Assembly (NCBI GenBank): GCA_964057225.1
Contig: OZ059898.1
Location: forward strand, 19,530,001-19,594,000
DNA from: Auanema rhodensis
Taxonomy: Eukaryota; Animalia; Nematoda
DNA length: 64,000 nucleotides
Reading direction: 5' to 3'
Position 1 is the stretch's first letter. Every line of letters starts with the position of its first letter. Position numbers and translations under genes: made by a program. This document shows positions 1 through 12,100 of this stretch, piece after piece. The notes under the pieces are model-generated. The model ran no database searches and was not told the DNA's origin. It was given only the letters and a program-made list of their open reading frames with translations.

Positions 1-94
1 AAACTCAACATACACTAATGCATCATTTTTCAAACAATCATAACTAATTTTTGTATTAAGCGTTTCTTAATGTAGAATAGTGCATTCGATGCGG

Positions 95-145
95 ATTTTT
101 AAGCTGCGTCGATCTGTGTTATCAGATTTGGGCTAGCTTAAAAAT
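95..145. other. Long imperfect inverted repeat in each monomer (representative copy)
   Basis: ATTTTTAAGCT (95-105) is the exact reverse complement of AGCTTAAAAAT (135-145). The inner ATCTG/CAGAT (112-116/123-127) closes a 6-nt loop, and GCG/CGC pairs between them in the majority allele. Confidence 0.85.
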
Positions 146-162
146 GCACCGAGATATCAACT

Positions 163-184
163 GATATAAGTTCACACTTATATC
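163..184. other. Perfect 9-bp inverted repeat with 4-nt loop in each monomer (representative copy)
   Basis: GATATAAGT-tcac-ACTTATATC read directly from the sequence. Confidence 0.9.
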
Positions 185-286
185 CTCGATTTTCACCCTG
201 AAGAATTAATTTTTTCGTTGAATAACATTGTCCATCGTCTTTGCCTTGAAAAACGAAATCTGAAAACATCTACTTTTTGCTAAATT

Positions 287-321
287 ATTTTGAAATTTTT
301 CGAAAAAATTTTTGTCAAAAT
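287..321. other. Nested AT-rich palindrome / A-tract cluster in each monomer (representative copy)
   Basis: The palindromes TTTTTCGAAAAA (296-307) and AAAAATTTTT (304-313) are flanked by the inverted pair ATTTTGA (287-293) / TCAAAAT (315-321). Confidence 0.8.
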
Positions 322-334
322 GTTTTTGGAAGCA

Positions 335-362
335 ATGTTGAGTGTACATGGAAACTCAACAT
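335..362. other. Perfect 9-bp inverted repeat with 10-nt spacer in each monomer (representative copy)
   Basis: ATGTTGAGT-gtacatggaa-ACTCAACAT read directly from the sequence. Confidence 0.9.
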
Positions 363-1053
363 ACACTAATGCATCATTTTTCAAACAATCATAACTAATT
401 TTTGTATTAAGCGTTTCTCAATGTAGAATAGTGCATTCGATGCGGATTTTTAAGCTGCGTCGATCTGTGTTATCAGATTTGGGCTAGCTTAAAAATGCAC
501 CGAGATATCAACTGATATAAGTTCACACTTATATCCTCGATTTTCACCCTGAAGAATTAATTTTTTCGTTGAATAACATTGTCCATCGTCTTTGCCTTGA
601 AAAACGAAATCTGAAAACATCTACTTTTTGCTAAATTATTTTGAAATTTTTCGAAAAAATTTTTGTCAAAATGTTTTTGGAAGCAATGTTGAGTGTACAT
701 GGAAACTCAACATACACTAATGCATCATTTTTCAAACAATCATAACTAATTTTTGTATTAAGCGTTTCTCAATGTAGAATAGTGCATTCGATGCGGATTT
801 TTAAGCTGCGTCGATCTGTGTTATCAGATTTGGGCTAGCTTAAAAATGCACCGAGATATCAACTGATATAAGTTCACACTTATATCCTCGATTTTCACCC
901 TGAAGAATTAATTTTTTCGTTGAATAACATTGTCCATCGTCTTTGCCTTAAAAAAAGGAATCTAAAAACATCTACTTTTTGCTAAATTATTTTGAAATTT
1001 TTCGAAAAAATTTTTGTCAAAATGTTTTTGGAAGCAATGTTGAGTGTACATGG

Positions 1054-4000
1054 AAACTCAACATACACTAATGCATCATTTTTCAAACAATCATAACTAA
1101 TTTTTGTATTAAGCGTTTCTCAATGTAGAATAGTGCATTCGATGCGGATTTTTAAGCTGCGTCGATCTGTGTTATCAGATTTGGGCTAGCTTAAAAATGC
1201 ACCGAGATATCAACTGATATAAGTTCACACTTATATCCTCGATTTTCACCCTGAAGAATTAATTTTTTCGTTGAATAACATTGTCCATCGTCTTTGCCTT
1301 GAAAAAAGGAATCTAAAAACATCTACTTTTTGCTAAATTATTTCGAAATTTTTCGAAAAAATTTTTGTCAAAATGTTTTTGGAAGCAATGTTGAGTGTAC
1401 ATGGAAACTCAACATACACTAATGCATCATTTTTCAAACGATCATAACTAATTTTTGTATTAAGCGTTTTTCAATGTAGTATAGTGCATTCGATGCGGAA
1501 TTTTAAGCTGCGTCGATCTGTGTTATCAGATTTGCGCTAGCTTAAAAATGCACCGAGACATCAACTGATATAAGTTCACACTTATATCCTCGATTTTCAC
1601 CCTGAAGAATTAATTTTTTCGTTGAATAACATTGTCCATCGTCTTTGCCTTGAAAAACGGAATCTGAAAACATCTACTTTTTGCTAAATTATTCTGAAAT
1701 TTTTCGAAAAAATTTTTGTCAAAATGTTTTTGGAAGCAATGTTGAGTGTACATGGAAACTCAACATACACTAATGCATCATTTTTCAAACGATCATAACT
1801 AATTTTTGTATTAAGCGTTTCTCAATGTAGTATAGTGCATTCGATGCGGATTTTTAAGCTGCGTCGATCTGTGTTATCAGATTTGCGCTAGCTTAAAAAT
1901 GCACCGAGACATCAACTGATATAAGTTCACACTTATATCCTCGATTTTCACCCTGAAGAATTAATTTTTTCGTTGAATAACATTGTCCATCGTCTTCGCC
2001 TTGAAAAACGGAATCTGAAAACATCTACTTTTTGCTAAATTATCTTGAAATTTTTCGAAAAAATTTTTGTCAAAATGTTTTTGGAAGCAATGTTGAGTGT
2101 ACATGGAAACTCAACATACACTAATGCATCATTTTTCAAACAATCATAACTAATTTTTGTATTAAGCGTTTCTCAATGTAGAATAGTGCATTCGATGCGG
2201 ATTTTTAAGCTGCGTCGATCTGTGTTATCAGATTTGGGCTAGCTTAAAAATGCACCGAGATATCAACTGATATAAGTTCACACTTATATCCTCGATTTTC
2301 ACCCTGAAGAATTAATTTTTTCGTTGAATAACATTGTCCATCGTCTTTGCCTTGAAAAAAGGAATCTAAAAACATCTACTTTTTGCTAAATTATTCTGAA
2401 ATTTTTCGAAAAAATTTTTGTCAAAATGTTTTTGGAAGCAATGTTGAGTGTACATGGAAACTCAACATACACTAATGCATCATTTTTCAAACGATCATAA
2501 CTAATTTTTGTATTAAGCGTTTCTCAATGTAGTATAGTGCATTCGATGCGGATTTTTAAGCTGCGTCGATCTGTGTTATCAGATTTGCGCTAGCTTAAAA
2601 ATGCACCGAGACATCAACTGATATAAGTTCACACTTATATCCTCGATTTTCTCCCTGAAGAATTAATTTTTTCGTTGAATAACATTGTCCATCGTCTTTG
2701 CCTTGAAAAAAGGAATCTAAAAACATCTACTTTTTGCTAAATTATTTCGAAATTTTTCGAAAAAATTTTTGTCAAAATGTTTTTGGAAGCAATGTTGAGT
2801 GTACATGGAAACTCAACATACACTAATGCATCATTTTTCAAACGATCATAACTAATTTTTGTATTAAGCGTTTTTCAATGTAGTATAGTGCATTCGATGC
2901 GGAATTTTAAGCTGCGTCGATCTGTGTTATCAGATTTGCGCTAGCTTAAAAATGCACCGAGACATCAACTGATATAAGTTCACACTTATATCCTCGATTT
3001 TCACCCTGAAGAATTTATTTTTTCGTTGAATAACATTGTCCATCGTCTTTGCCTTGAAAAAAGGAATCTGAAAACATCTACTTTCTGCTAAATTATTCTG
3101 AAATTTTTCGAAAAAATTTTTGTCAAAATGTTTTTGGAAGCAATGTTGAGTGTACATGGAAACTCAACATACACTAATGCATCATTTTTCAAACGATCAC
3201 AACTAATTTTTGTATAAAGCGTTTCTCAATGTAGTATAGTGCATTCGATGCGGATTTGTAAGCTGCGTCGATCTGTGTTATCAGATTTGCGCTAGCTTGA
3301 AAATGCACCGAGATATCAACTGATATAAGTTCACACTTATATCCTCGATTTTCACCCTGAAGAATTAATTTTTTCGTTGAATAACATTGTCCATCGTCTT
3401 TGCCTTTAAAAAAAAAATCTAAAAACATCTACTTTTTGCTAAATTATTCTGAAATTTTTCGAAAAAATTTTTGTCAAAATGTTTTTGGAAGCAATGTTGA
3501 GTGTACATGGAAACTCAACATACACTAATGCATCATTTTTCAAACGATCATAACTAATTTTTGTATTAAGCGTTTCTCAATGTAGTATAGTGCATTCGAT
3601 GCGGATTTTTAAGCTGCGTCGATCTGTGTTATCAGATTTGCGCTAGCTTAAAAATGCACCGAGACATCAACTGATATAAGTTCACACTTATATCCTCGAT
3701 TTTCTCCCTGAAGAATTAATTTTTTCGTTGAATAACATTGTCCATCGTCTTTGCCTTGAAAAAAGGAATCTAAAAACATCTACTTTTTGCTAAATTATTT
3801 CGAAATTTTTCGAAAAAATTTTTGTCAAAATGTTTTTGGAAGCAATGTTGAGTGTACATGGAAACTCAACATACACTAATGCATCATTTTTCAAACGATC
3901 ATAACTAATTTTTGTATTAAGCGTTTTTCAATGTAGTATAGTGCATTCGATGCGGAATTTTAAGCTGCGTCGATCTGTGTTATCAGATTTGCGCTAGCTT

Positions 4001-7000
4001 AAAAATGCACCGAGACATCAACTGATATAAGTTCACACTTATATCCTCGATTTTCACCCTGAAGAATTTATTTTTTCGTTGAATAACATTGTCCATCGTC
4101 TTTGCCTTGAAAAAAGGAATCTAAAAACATCTACTTTCTGCTAAATTATTCTGAAATTTTTCGAAAAAATTTTTGTCAAAATGTTTTTGGAAGCAATGTT
4201 GAGTGTACATGGAAACTCAACATACACTAATGCATCATTTTTCAAACGATCACAACTAATTTTTGTATAAAGCGTTTCTCAATGTAGTATAGTGCATTCG
4301 ATGCGGATTTGTAAGCTGCGTCGATCTGTGTTATCAGATTTGCGCTAGCTTGAAAATGCACCGAGATATCAACTGATATAAGTTCACACTTATATCCTCG
4401 ATTTTCACCCTGAAGAATTAATTTTTTCGTTGAATAACATTGTCCATCGTCTTTGCCTTTAAAAAAGGAATCTAAAAACATCTACTTTTTGCTAAATTAT
4501 TTTGAAATTTTTCGAAAAAATTTTTGTCAAAATGTTTTTGGAAGCAATGTTGAGTGTACATGGAAACTCAACATACACTAATGCATCATTTTTCAAACAA
4601 TCATAACTAATTTTTGTATTAAGCGTTTCTCAATGTAGAATAGTGCATTCGATGCGGATTTTTAAGCTGCGTCGATCTGTGTTATCAGATTTGGGCTAGC
4701 TTAAAAATGCACCGAGATATCAACTGATATAAGTTCACACTTATATCCTCGATTTTCACCCTGAAGAATTAATTTTTTCGTTGAATAACATTGTCCATCG
4801 TCTTTGCCTTGAAAAAAGGAATCTAAAAACATCTACTTTTTGCTAAATTATTTCGAAATTTTTCGAAAAAATTTTTGTCAAAATGTTTTTGGAAGCAATG
4901 TTGAGTGTACATGGAAACTCAACATACACTAATGCATCATTTTTCAAACGATCATAACTAATTTTTGTATTAAGCGTTTTTCAATGTAGTATAGTGCATT
5001 CGATGCGGAATTTTAAGCTGCGTCGATCTGTGTTATCAGATTTGCGCTAGCTTAAAAATGCACCGAGACATCAACTGATATAAGTTCACACATATATCCT
5101 CGATTTTCACCCTGAAGAATTAATTTTTTCGTTGAATAACATTGTCCATCGTCTTTGCCTTGAAAAACGGAATCTGAAAACATCTACTTTTTGCTAAATT
5201 ATTCTGAAATTTTTCGAAAAAATTTTTGTCAAAATGTTTTTGGAAGCAATGTTGAGTGTACATGGAAACTCAACATACACTAATGCATCATTTTTCAAAC
5301 GATCATAACTAATTTTTGTATTAAGCGTTTCTCAATGTAGTATAGTGCATTCGATGCGGATTTTTAAGCTGCGTCGATCTGTGTTATCAGATTTGCGCTA
5401 GCTTAAAAATGCACCGAGACATCAACTGATATAAGTTCACACTTATATCCTCGATTTTCACCCTGAAGAATTAATTTTTTCGTTGAATAACATTGTCCAT
5501 CGTCTTTGCCTTGAAAAACGGAATCTGAAAACATCTACTTTTTGCTAAATTATTCTGAAATTTTTCGAAAAAATTTTTGTCAAAATGTTTTTGGAAGCAA
5601 TGTTGAGTGTACATGGAAACTCAACATACACTAATGCATCATTTTTCAAACGATCATAACTAATTTTTGTATTAAGCGTTTCTCAATGTAGTATAGTGCA
5701 TTCGATGCGGATTTTTAAGCTGCGTCGATCTGTGTTATCAGATTTGCGCTAGCTTAAAAATGCACCGAGATATCAACTGATATAAGTTCACACTTATATC
5801 CTCGATTTTCACCCTGAAGAATTAATTTTTTCGTTGAATAACATTGTCCATCGTCTTTGCCTTGAAAAAAGGAATCTAAAAACATCTACTTTTTGCTAAA
5901 TTATTCTGAAATTTTTCGAAAAAATTTTTGTCAAAATGTTTTTGGAAGCAATGTTGAGTGTACATGGAAACTCAACATACACTAATGCATCATTTTTCAA
6001 ACGATCATAACTAATTTTTGTATTAAGCGTTTCTCAATGTAGTATAGTGCATTCGATGCGGATTTTTAAGCTGCGTCGATCTGTGTTATCAGATTTGCGC
6101 TAGCTTAAAAATGCACCGAGACATCAACTGATATAAGTTCACACTTATATCCTCGATTTTCTCCCTGAAGAATTAATTTTTTCGTTGAATAACATTGTCC
6201 ATCGTCTTTGCCTTGAAAAAAGGAATCTAAAAACATCTACTTTTTGCTAAATTATTTCGAAATTTTTCGAAAAAATTTTTGTCAAAATGTTTTTGGAAGC
6301 AATGTTGAGTGTACATGGAAACTCAACATACACTAATGCATCATTTTTCAAACGATCATAACTAATTTTTGTATTAAGCGTTTTTCAATGTAGTATAGTG
6401 CATTCGATGCGGAATTTTAAGCTGCGTCGATCTGTGTTATCAGATTTGCGCTAGCTTAAAAATGCACCGAGACATCAACTGATATAAGTTCACACTTATA
6501 TCCTCGATTTTCACCCTGAAGAATTTATTTTTTCGTTGAATAACATTGTCCATCGTCTTTGCCTTGAAAAAAGGAATCTGAAAACATCTACTTTCTGCTA
6601 AATTATTCTGAAATTTTTCGAAAAAATTTTTGTCAAAATGTTTTTGGAAGCAATGTTGAGTGTACATGGAAACTCAACATACACTAATGCATCATTTTTC
6701 AAACGATCACAACTAATTTTTGTATAAAGCGTTTCTCAGTGTAGTATAGTGCATTCGATGCGGATTTGTAAGCTGCGTCGATCTGTGTTATCAGATTTGC
6801 GCTAGCTTGAAAATGCACCGAGATATCAACTGATATAAGTTCACACTTATATCCTCGATTTTCACCCTGAAGAATTAATTTTTTCGTTGAATAACATTGT
6901 CCATCGTCTTTGCCTTTAAAAAAGGAATCTAAAAACATCTACTTTTTGCTAAATTATTCTGAAATTTTTCGAAAAAATTTTTGTCAAAATGTTTTTGGAA

Positions 7001-9126
7001 GCAATGTTGAGTGTACATGGAAACTCAACATACACTAATGCATCATTTTTCAAACGATCATAACTAATTTTTGTATTAAGCGTTTCTCAATGTAGTATAG
7101 TGCATTCGATGCGGATTTTTAAGCTGCGTCGATCTGTGTTATCAGATTTGCGCTAGCTTAAAAATGCACCGAGACATCAACTGATATAAGTTCACACTTA
7201 TATCCTCGATTTTCTCCCTGAAGAATTAATTTTTTCGTTGAATAACATTGTCCATCGTCTTTGCCTTGAAAAAAGGAATCTAAAAACATCTACTTTTTGC
7301 TAAATTATTTCGAAATTTTTCGAAAAAATTTTTGTCAAAATGTTTTTGGAAGCAATGTTGAGTGTACATGGAAACTCAACATACACTAATGCATCATTTT
7401 TCAAACGATCATAACTAATTTTTGTATTAAGCGTTTTTCAATGTAGTATAGTGCATTCGATGCGGAATTTTAAGCTGCGTCGATCTGTGTTATCAGATTT
7501 GCGCTAGCTTAAAAATGCACCGAGACATCAACTGATATAAGTTCACACTTATATCCTCGATTTTCACCCTGAAGAATTTATTTTTTCGTTGAATAACATT
7601 GTCCATCGTCTTTGCCTTGAAAAAAGGAATCTAAAAACATCTACTTTCTGCTAAATTATTCTGAAATTTTTCGAAAAAATTTTTGTCAAAATGTTTTTGG
7701 AAGCAATGTTGAGTGTACATGGAAACTCAACATACACTAATGCATCATTTTTCAAACGATCACAACTAATTTTTGTATAAAGCGTTTCTCAATGTAGTAT
7801 AGTGCATTCGATGCGGATTTGTAAGCTGCGTCGATCTGTGTTATCAGATTTGCGCTAGCTTGAAAATGCACCGAGATATCAACTGATATAAGTTCACACT
7901 TATATCCTCGATTTTCACCCTGAAGAATTAATTTTTTCGTTGAATAACATTGTCCATCGTCTTTGCCTTTAAAAAAGGAATCTAAAAACATCTACTTTTT
8001 GCTAAATTATTTTGAAATTTTTCGAAAAAATTTTTGTCAAAATGTTTTTGGAAGCAATGTTGAGTGTACATGGAAACTCAACATACACTAATGCATCATT
8101 TTTCAAACAATCATAACTAATTTTTGTATTAAGCGTTTCTCAATGTAGAATAGTGCATTCGATGCGGATTTTTAAGCTGCGTCGATCTGTGTTATCAGAT
8201 TTGGGCTAGCTTAAAAATGCACCGAGATATCAACTGATATAAGTTCACACTTATATCCTCGATTTTCACCCTGAAGAATTAATTTTTTCGTTGAATAACA
8301 TTGTCCATCGTCTTTGCCTTGAAAAAAGGAATCTAAAAACATCTACTTTTTGCTAAATTATTTCGAAATTTTTCGAAAAAATTTTTGTCAAAATGTTTTT
8401 GGAAGCAATGTTGAGTGTACATGGAAACTCAACATACACTAATGCATCATTTTTCAAACGATCATAACTAATTTTTGTATTAAGCGTTTTTCAATGTAGT
8501 ATAGTGCATTCGATGCGGAATTTTAAGCTGCGTCGATCTGTGTTATCAGATTTGCGCTAGCTTAAAAATGCACCGAGACATCAACTGATATAAGTTCACA
8601 CTTATATCCTCGATTTTCACCCTGAAGAATTAATTTTTTCGTTGAATAACATTGTCCATCGTCTTTGCCTTGAAAAACGGAATCTGAAAACATCTACTTT
8701 TTGCTAAATTATTCTGAAATTTTTCGAAAAAATTTTTGTCAAAATGTTTTTGGAAGCAATGTTGAGTGTACATGGAAACTCAACATACACTAATGCATCA
8801 TTTTTCAAACGATCATAACTAATTTTTGTATTAAGCGTTTCTCAATGTAGTATAGTGCATTCGATGCGGATTTTTAAGCTGCGTCGATCTGTGTTATCAG
8901 ATTTGCGCTAGCTTAAAAATGCACCGAGACATCAACTGATATAAGTTCACACTTATATCCTCGATTTTCACCCTGAAGAATTAATTTTTTCGTTGAATAA
9001 CATTGTCCATCGTCTTTGCCTTGAAAAACGGAATCTGAAAACATCTACTTTTTGCTAAATTATTCTGAAATTTTTCGAAAAAATTTTTGTCAAAATGTTT
9101 TTGGAAGCAATGTTGAGTGTACATGG
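1054..9126. repeat. 10-monomer (3510 bp) HOR with a nested 3-monomer (1053 bp) unit
   Basis: The variant order of monomers 8-16 (2458-5616) repeats at 18-26 (5968-9126). Variant-dependent ORFs recur at exactly +3510 (2930/6440, 3189/6699, 4242/7752) and +1053 (3189/4242, 6699/7752). Confidence 0.88.
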
Positions 9127-12100
9127 AAACTCAACATACACTAATGCATCATTTTTCAAACGATCATAACTAATTTTTGTATTAAGCGTTTCTCAATGTA
9201 GTATAGTGCATTCGATGCGGATTTTTAAGCTGCGTCGATCTGTGTTATCAGATTTGCGCTAGCTTAAAAATGCACCGAGACATCAACTGATATAAGTTCA
9301 CACTTATATCCTCGATTTTCTCCCTGAAGAATTAATTTTTTCGTTGAATAACATTATCCATCGTCTTTGCCTTGAAAAAAGGAATCTAAAAACATCTACT
9401 TTCTGCTAAATTATTCTGAAATTTTTCGAAAAAATTTTTGTCAAAATGTTTTTGGAAGCAATGTTGAGTGTACATGGAAACTCAACATACACTAATGCAT
9501 CATTTTTCAAACGATCACAACTAATTTTTGTATAAAGCGTTTCTCAATGTAGTATAGTGCATTCGATGCGGATTTGTAAGCTGCGTCGATCTGTGTTATC
9601 AGATTTGCGCTAGCTTGAAAATGCACCGAGATATCAACTGATATAAGTTCACACTTATATCCTCGATTTTCACCCTGAAGAATTAATTTTTTCGTTGAAT
9701 AACATTGTCCATCGTCTTTGCCTTGAAAAACGGAATCTGAAAACATCTACTTTTTGCTAAATTATCTTGAAATTTTTCGAAAAAATTTTTGTCAAAATGT
9801 TTTTGGAAGCAATGTTGAGTGTACATGGAAACTCAACATACACTAATGCATCATTTTTCAAACGATCATAACTAATTTTTGTATTAAGCGTTTCTCAATG
9901 TAGTATAGTGCATTCGATGCGGATTTTTAAGCTGCGTCGATCTGTGTTATCAGATTTGCGCTAGCTTAAAAATGCACCGAGACATCAACTAATATAAGTT
10001 CACACTTATATCCTCGATTTTCACCCTGAAGAATTTATTTTTTCGTTGAATAACATTGTCCATCGTCTTTGCCTTGAAAAAAGGAATCTAAAAACATCTA
10101 CTTTCTGCTAAATTATTCTGAAATTTTTCGAAAAAATTTTTGTCAAAATGTTTTTGGAAGCAATGTTGAGTGTACATGGAAACTCAACATACACTAATGC
10201 ATCATTTTTCAAACGATCATAACTAATTTCTGTATTAAGCGTTTCTCAATGTAGTATAGTGCATTCGATGCGGATTTTTAAGCTGCGTCGATCTGTGTTA
10301 TCAGATTTGCGCTAGCTTAAAAATGCACCGAGACATCAACTGATATAAGTTCACACTTATATCCTCGATTTTCTCCCTGAAGAATTAATTTTTTCGTTGA
10401 ATAACATTGTCCATCGTCTTTGCCTTGAAAAAAGGAATCTAAAAACATCTACTTTTTGCTAAATTATTTCGAAATTTTTCGAAAAAATTTTTGTCAAAAT
10501 GTTTTTGGAAGCAATGTTGAGTGTACATGGAAACTCAACATACACTAATGCATCATTTTTCAAACGATCATAACTAATTTTTGTATTAAGCGTTTTTCAA
10601 TGTAATATAGTGCATTCGATGCGGAATTTTAAGCTGCGTCGATCTGTGTTATCAGATTTGCGCTAGCTTAAAAATGCACCGAGACATCAACTGATATAAG
10701 TTCACACTTATATCCTCGATTTTCACCCTGAAGAATTTATTTTTTCGTTGAATAACATTGTCCATCGTCTTTGCCTTGAAAAAAGGAATCTAAAAACATC
10801 TACTTTCTGCTAAATTATTCTGAAATTTTTCGAAAAAATTTTTGTCAAAATGTTTTTGGAAGCAATGTTGAGTGTACATGGAAACTCAACATACACTAAT
10901 GCATCATTTTTCAAACGATCACAACTAATTTTTGTATAAAGCGTTTCTCAATGTAGTATAGTGCATTCGATGCGGATTTGTAAGCTGCGTCGATCTGTGT
11001 TATCAGATTTGCGCTAGCTTGAAAATGCACCGAGATATCAACTGATATAAGTTCACACTTATATCCTCGATTTTCACCCTGAAGAATTAATTTTTTCGTT
11101 GAATAACATTGTCCATCGTCTTTGCCTTGAAAAACGGAATCTGAAAACATCTACTTTTTGCTAAATTATCTTGAAATTTTTCGAAAAAATTTTTGTCAAA
11201 ATGTTTTTGGAAGCAATGTTGAGTGTACATGGAAACTCAACATACACTAATGCATCATTTTTCAAACGATCATAACTAATTTTTGTATTAAGCGTTTCTC
11301 AATGTAGTATAGTGCATTCGATGCGGATTTTTAAGCTGCGTCGATCTGTGTTATCAGATTTGCGCTAGCTTAAAAATGCACCGAGACATCAACTAATATA
11401 AGTTCACACTTATATCCTCGATTTTCACCCTGAAGAATTTATTTTTTCGTTGAATAACATTGTCCATCGTCTTTGCCTTGAAAAAAGGAATCTAAAAACA
11501 TCTACTTTCTGCTAAATTATTCTGAAATTTTTCGAAAAAATTTTTGTCAAAATGTTTTTGGAAGCAATGTTGAGTGTACATGGAAACTCAACATACACTA
11601 ATGCATCATTTTTCAAACGATCATAACTAATTTCTGTATTAAGCGTTTCTCAATGTAGTATAGTGCATTTGATGCGGATTTTTAAGCTGCATCCATCTGT
11701 GTTATCAGATTTGCGCTAGCTTAAAAATGCACCGAGATATCAACTGATATAAGTTCACACTTATATCCTCGATTTTCACCCTGAAGAATTAATTTTTTCG
11801 TTGAATAACATTGTCCATCGTCTTTGCCTTGAAAAAAGGAATCTAAAAACATCTACTTTTTGCTAAATTATTCTGAAATTTTTCGAAAAAATTTTTGTCA
11901 AAATGTTTTTGGAAGCAATGTTGAGTGTACATGGAAACTCAACATACACTAATGCATCATTTTTCAAACGATCACAACTAATTTTTGTATAAAGCGTTTC
12001 TCAATGTAGTATAGTGCATTCGATGCGGATTTGTAAGCTGCGTCGATCTGTGTTATCAGATTTGCGCTAGCTTGAAAATGCACCGAGATATCAACTGATA

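Noticed and set aside
41-222. Monomer as an ancient dimer of ~165-175 bp (taactaatttttgt at 41 versus gaattaattttttcgt at 203)
   Set aside because: The similarity is short, AT-rich and does not extend, so it cannot be distinguished from chance by eye.
213-229. CENP-B box-like motif tTTCGTTGAA
   Set aside because: It matches only the 5' TTCG....A part of NTTCGNNNNANNCGGGN; the essential CGGG is absent.
198-305. Hammerhead ribozyme (retrozyme or newt satellite-2 type): CTGAAGA matches the CUGANGA core and GAAA motifs follow
   Set aside because: No helix II forms between CTGAAGA and any downstream GAAA (248, 262, 292, 302), and there is no complement for helix I (tttcacc). An Infernal search with Rfam hammerhead models would be decisive.
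1-351. Monomer as a 117-codon protein repeat (351 is divisible by 3)
   Set aside because: The ORF track shows no frame open across a monomer. The two best minus-strand frames contain multiple fixed stops, and 1-bp and 7-bp indels are tolerated.
1-351. 5S rDNA, tRNA, snRNA or spliced-leader gene tandem unit
   Set aside because: No recognisable RNA gene sequence, cloverleaf or convincing Pol III A/B/C boxes. A cmscan against Rfam would confirm.
2930-6667. Two 75-aa minus-strand ORFs (2930-3157, 6440-6667)
   Set aside because: Chance combination of the gaatttatt and atctga alleles in one monomer type, duplicated by the 10-mer HOR. The F/K/N-rich translation reflects A/T tracts.
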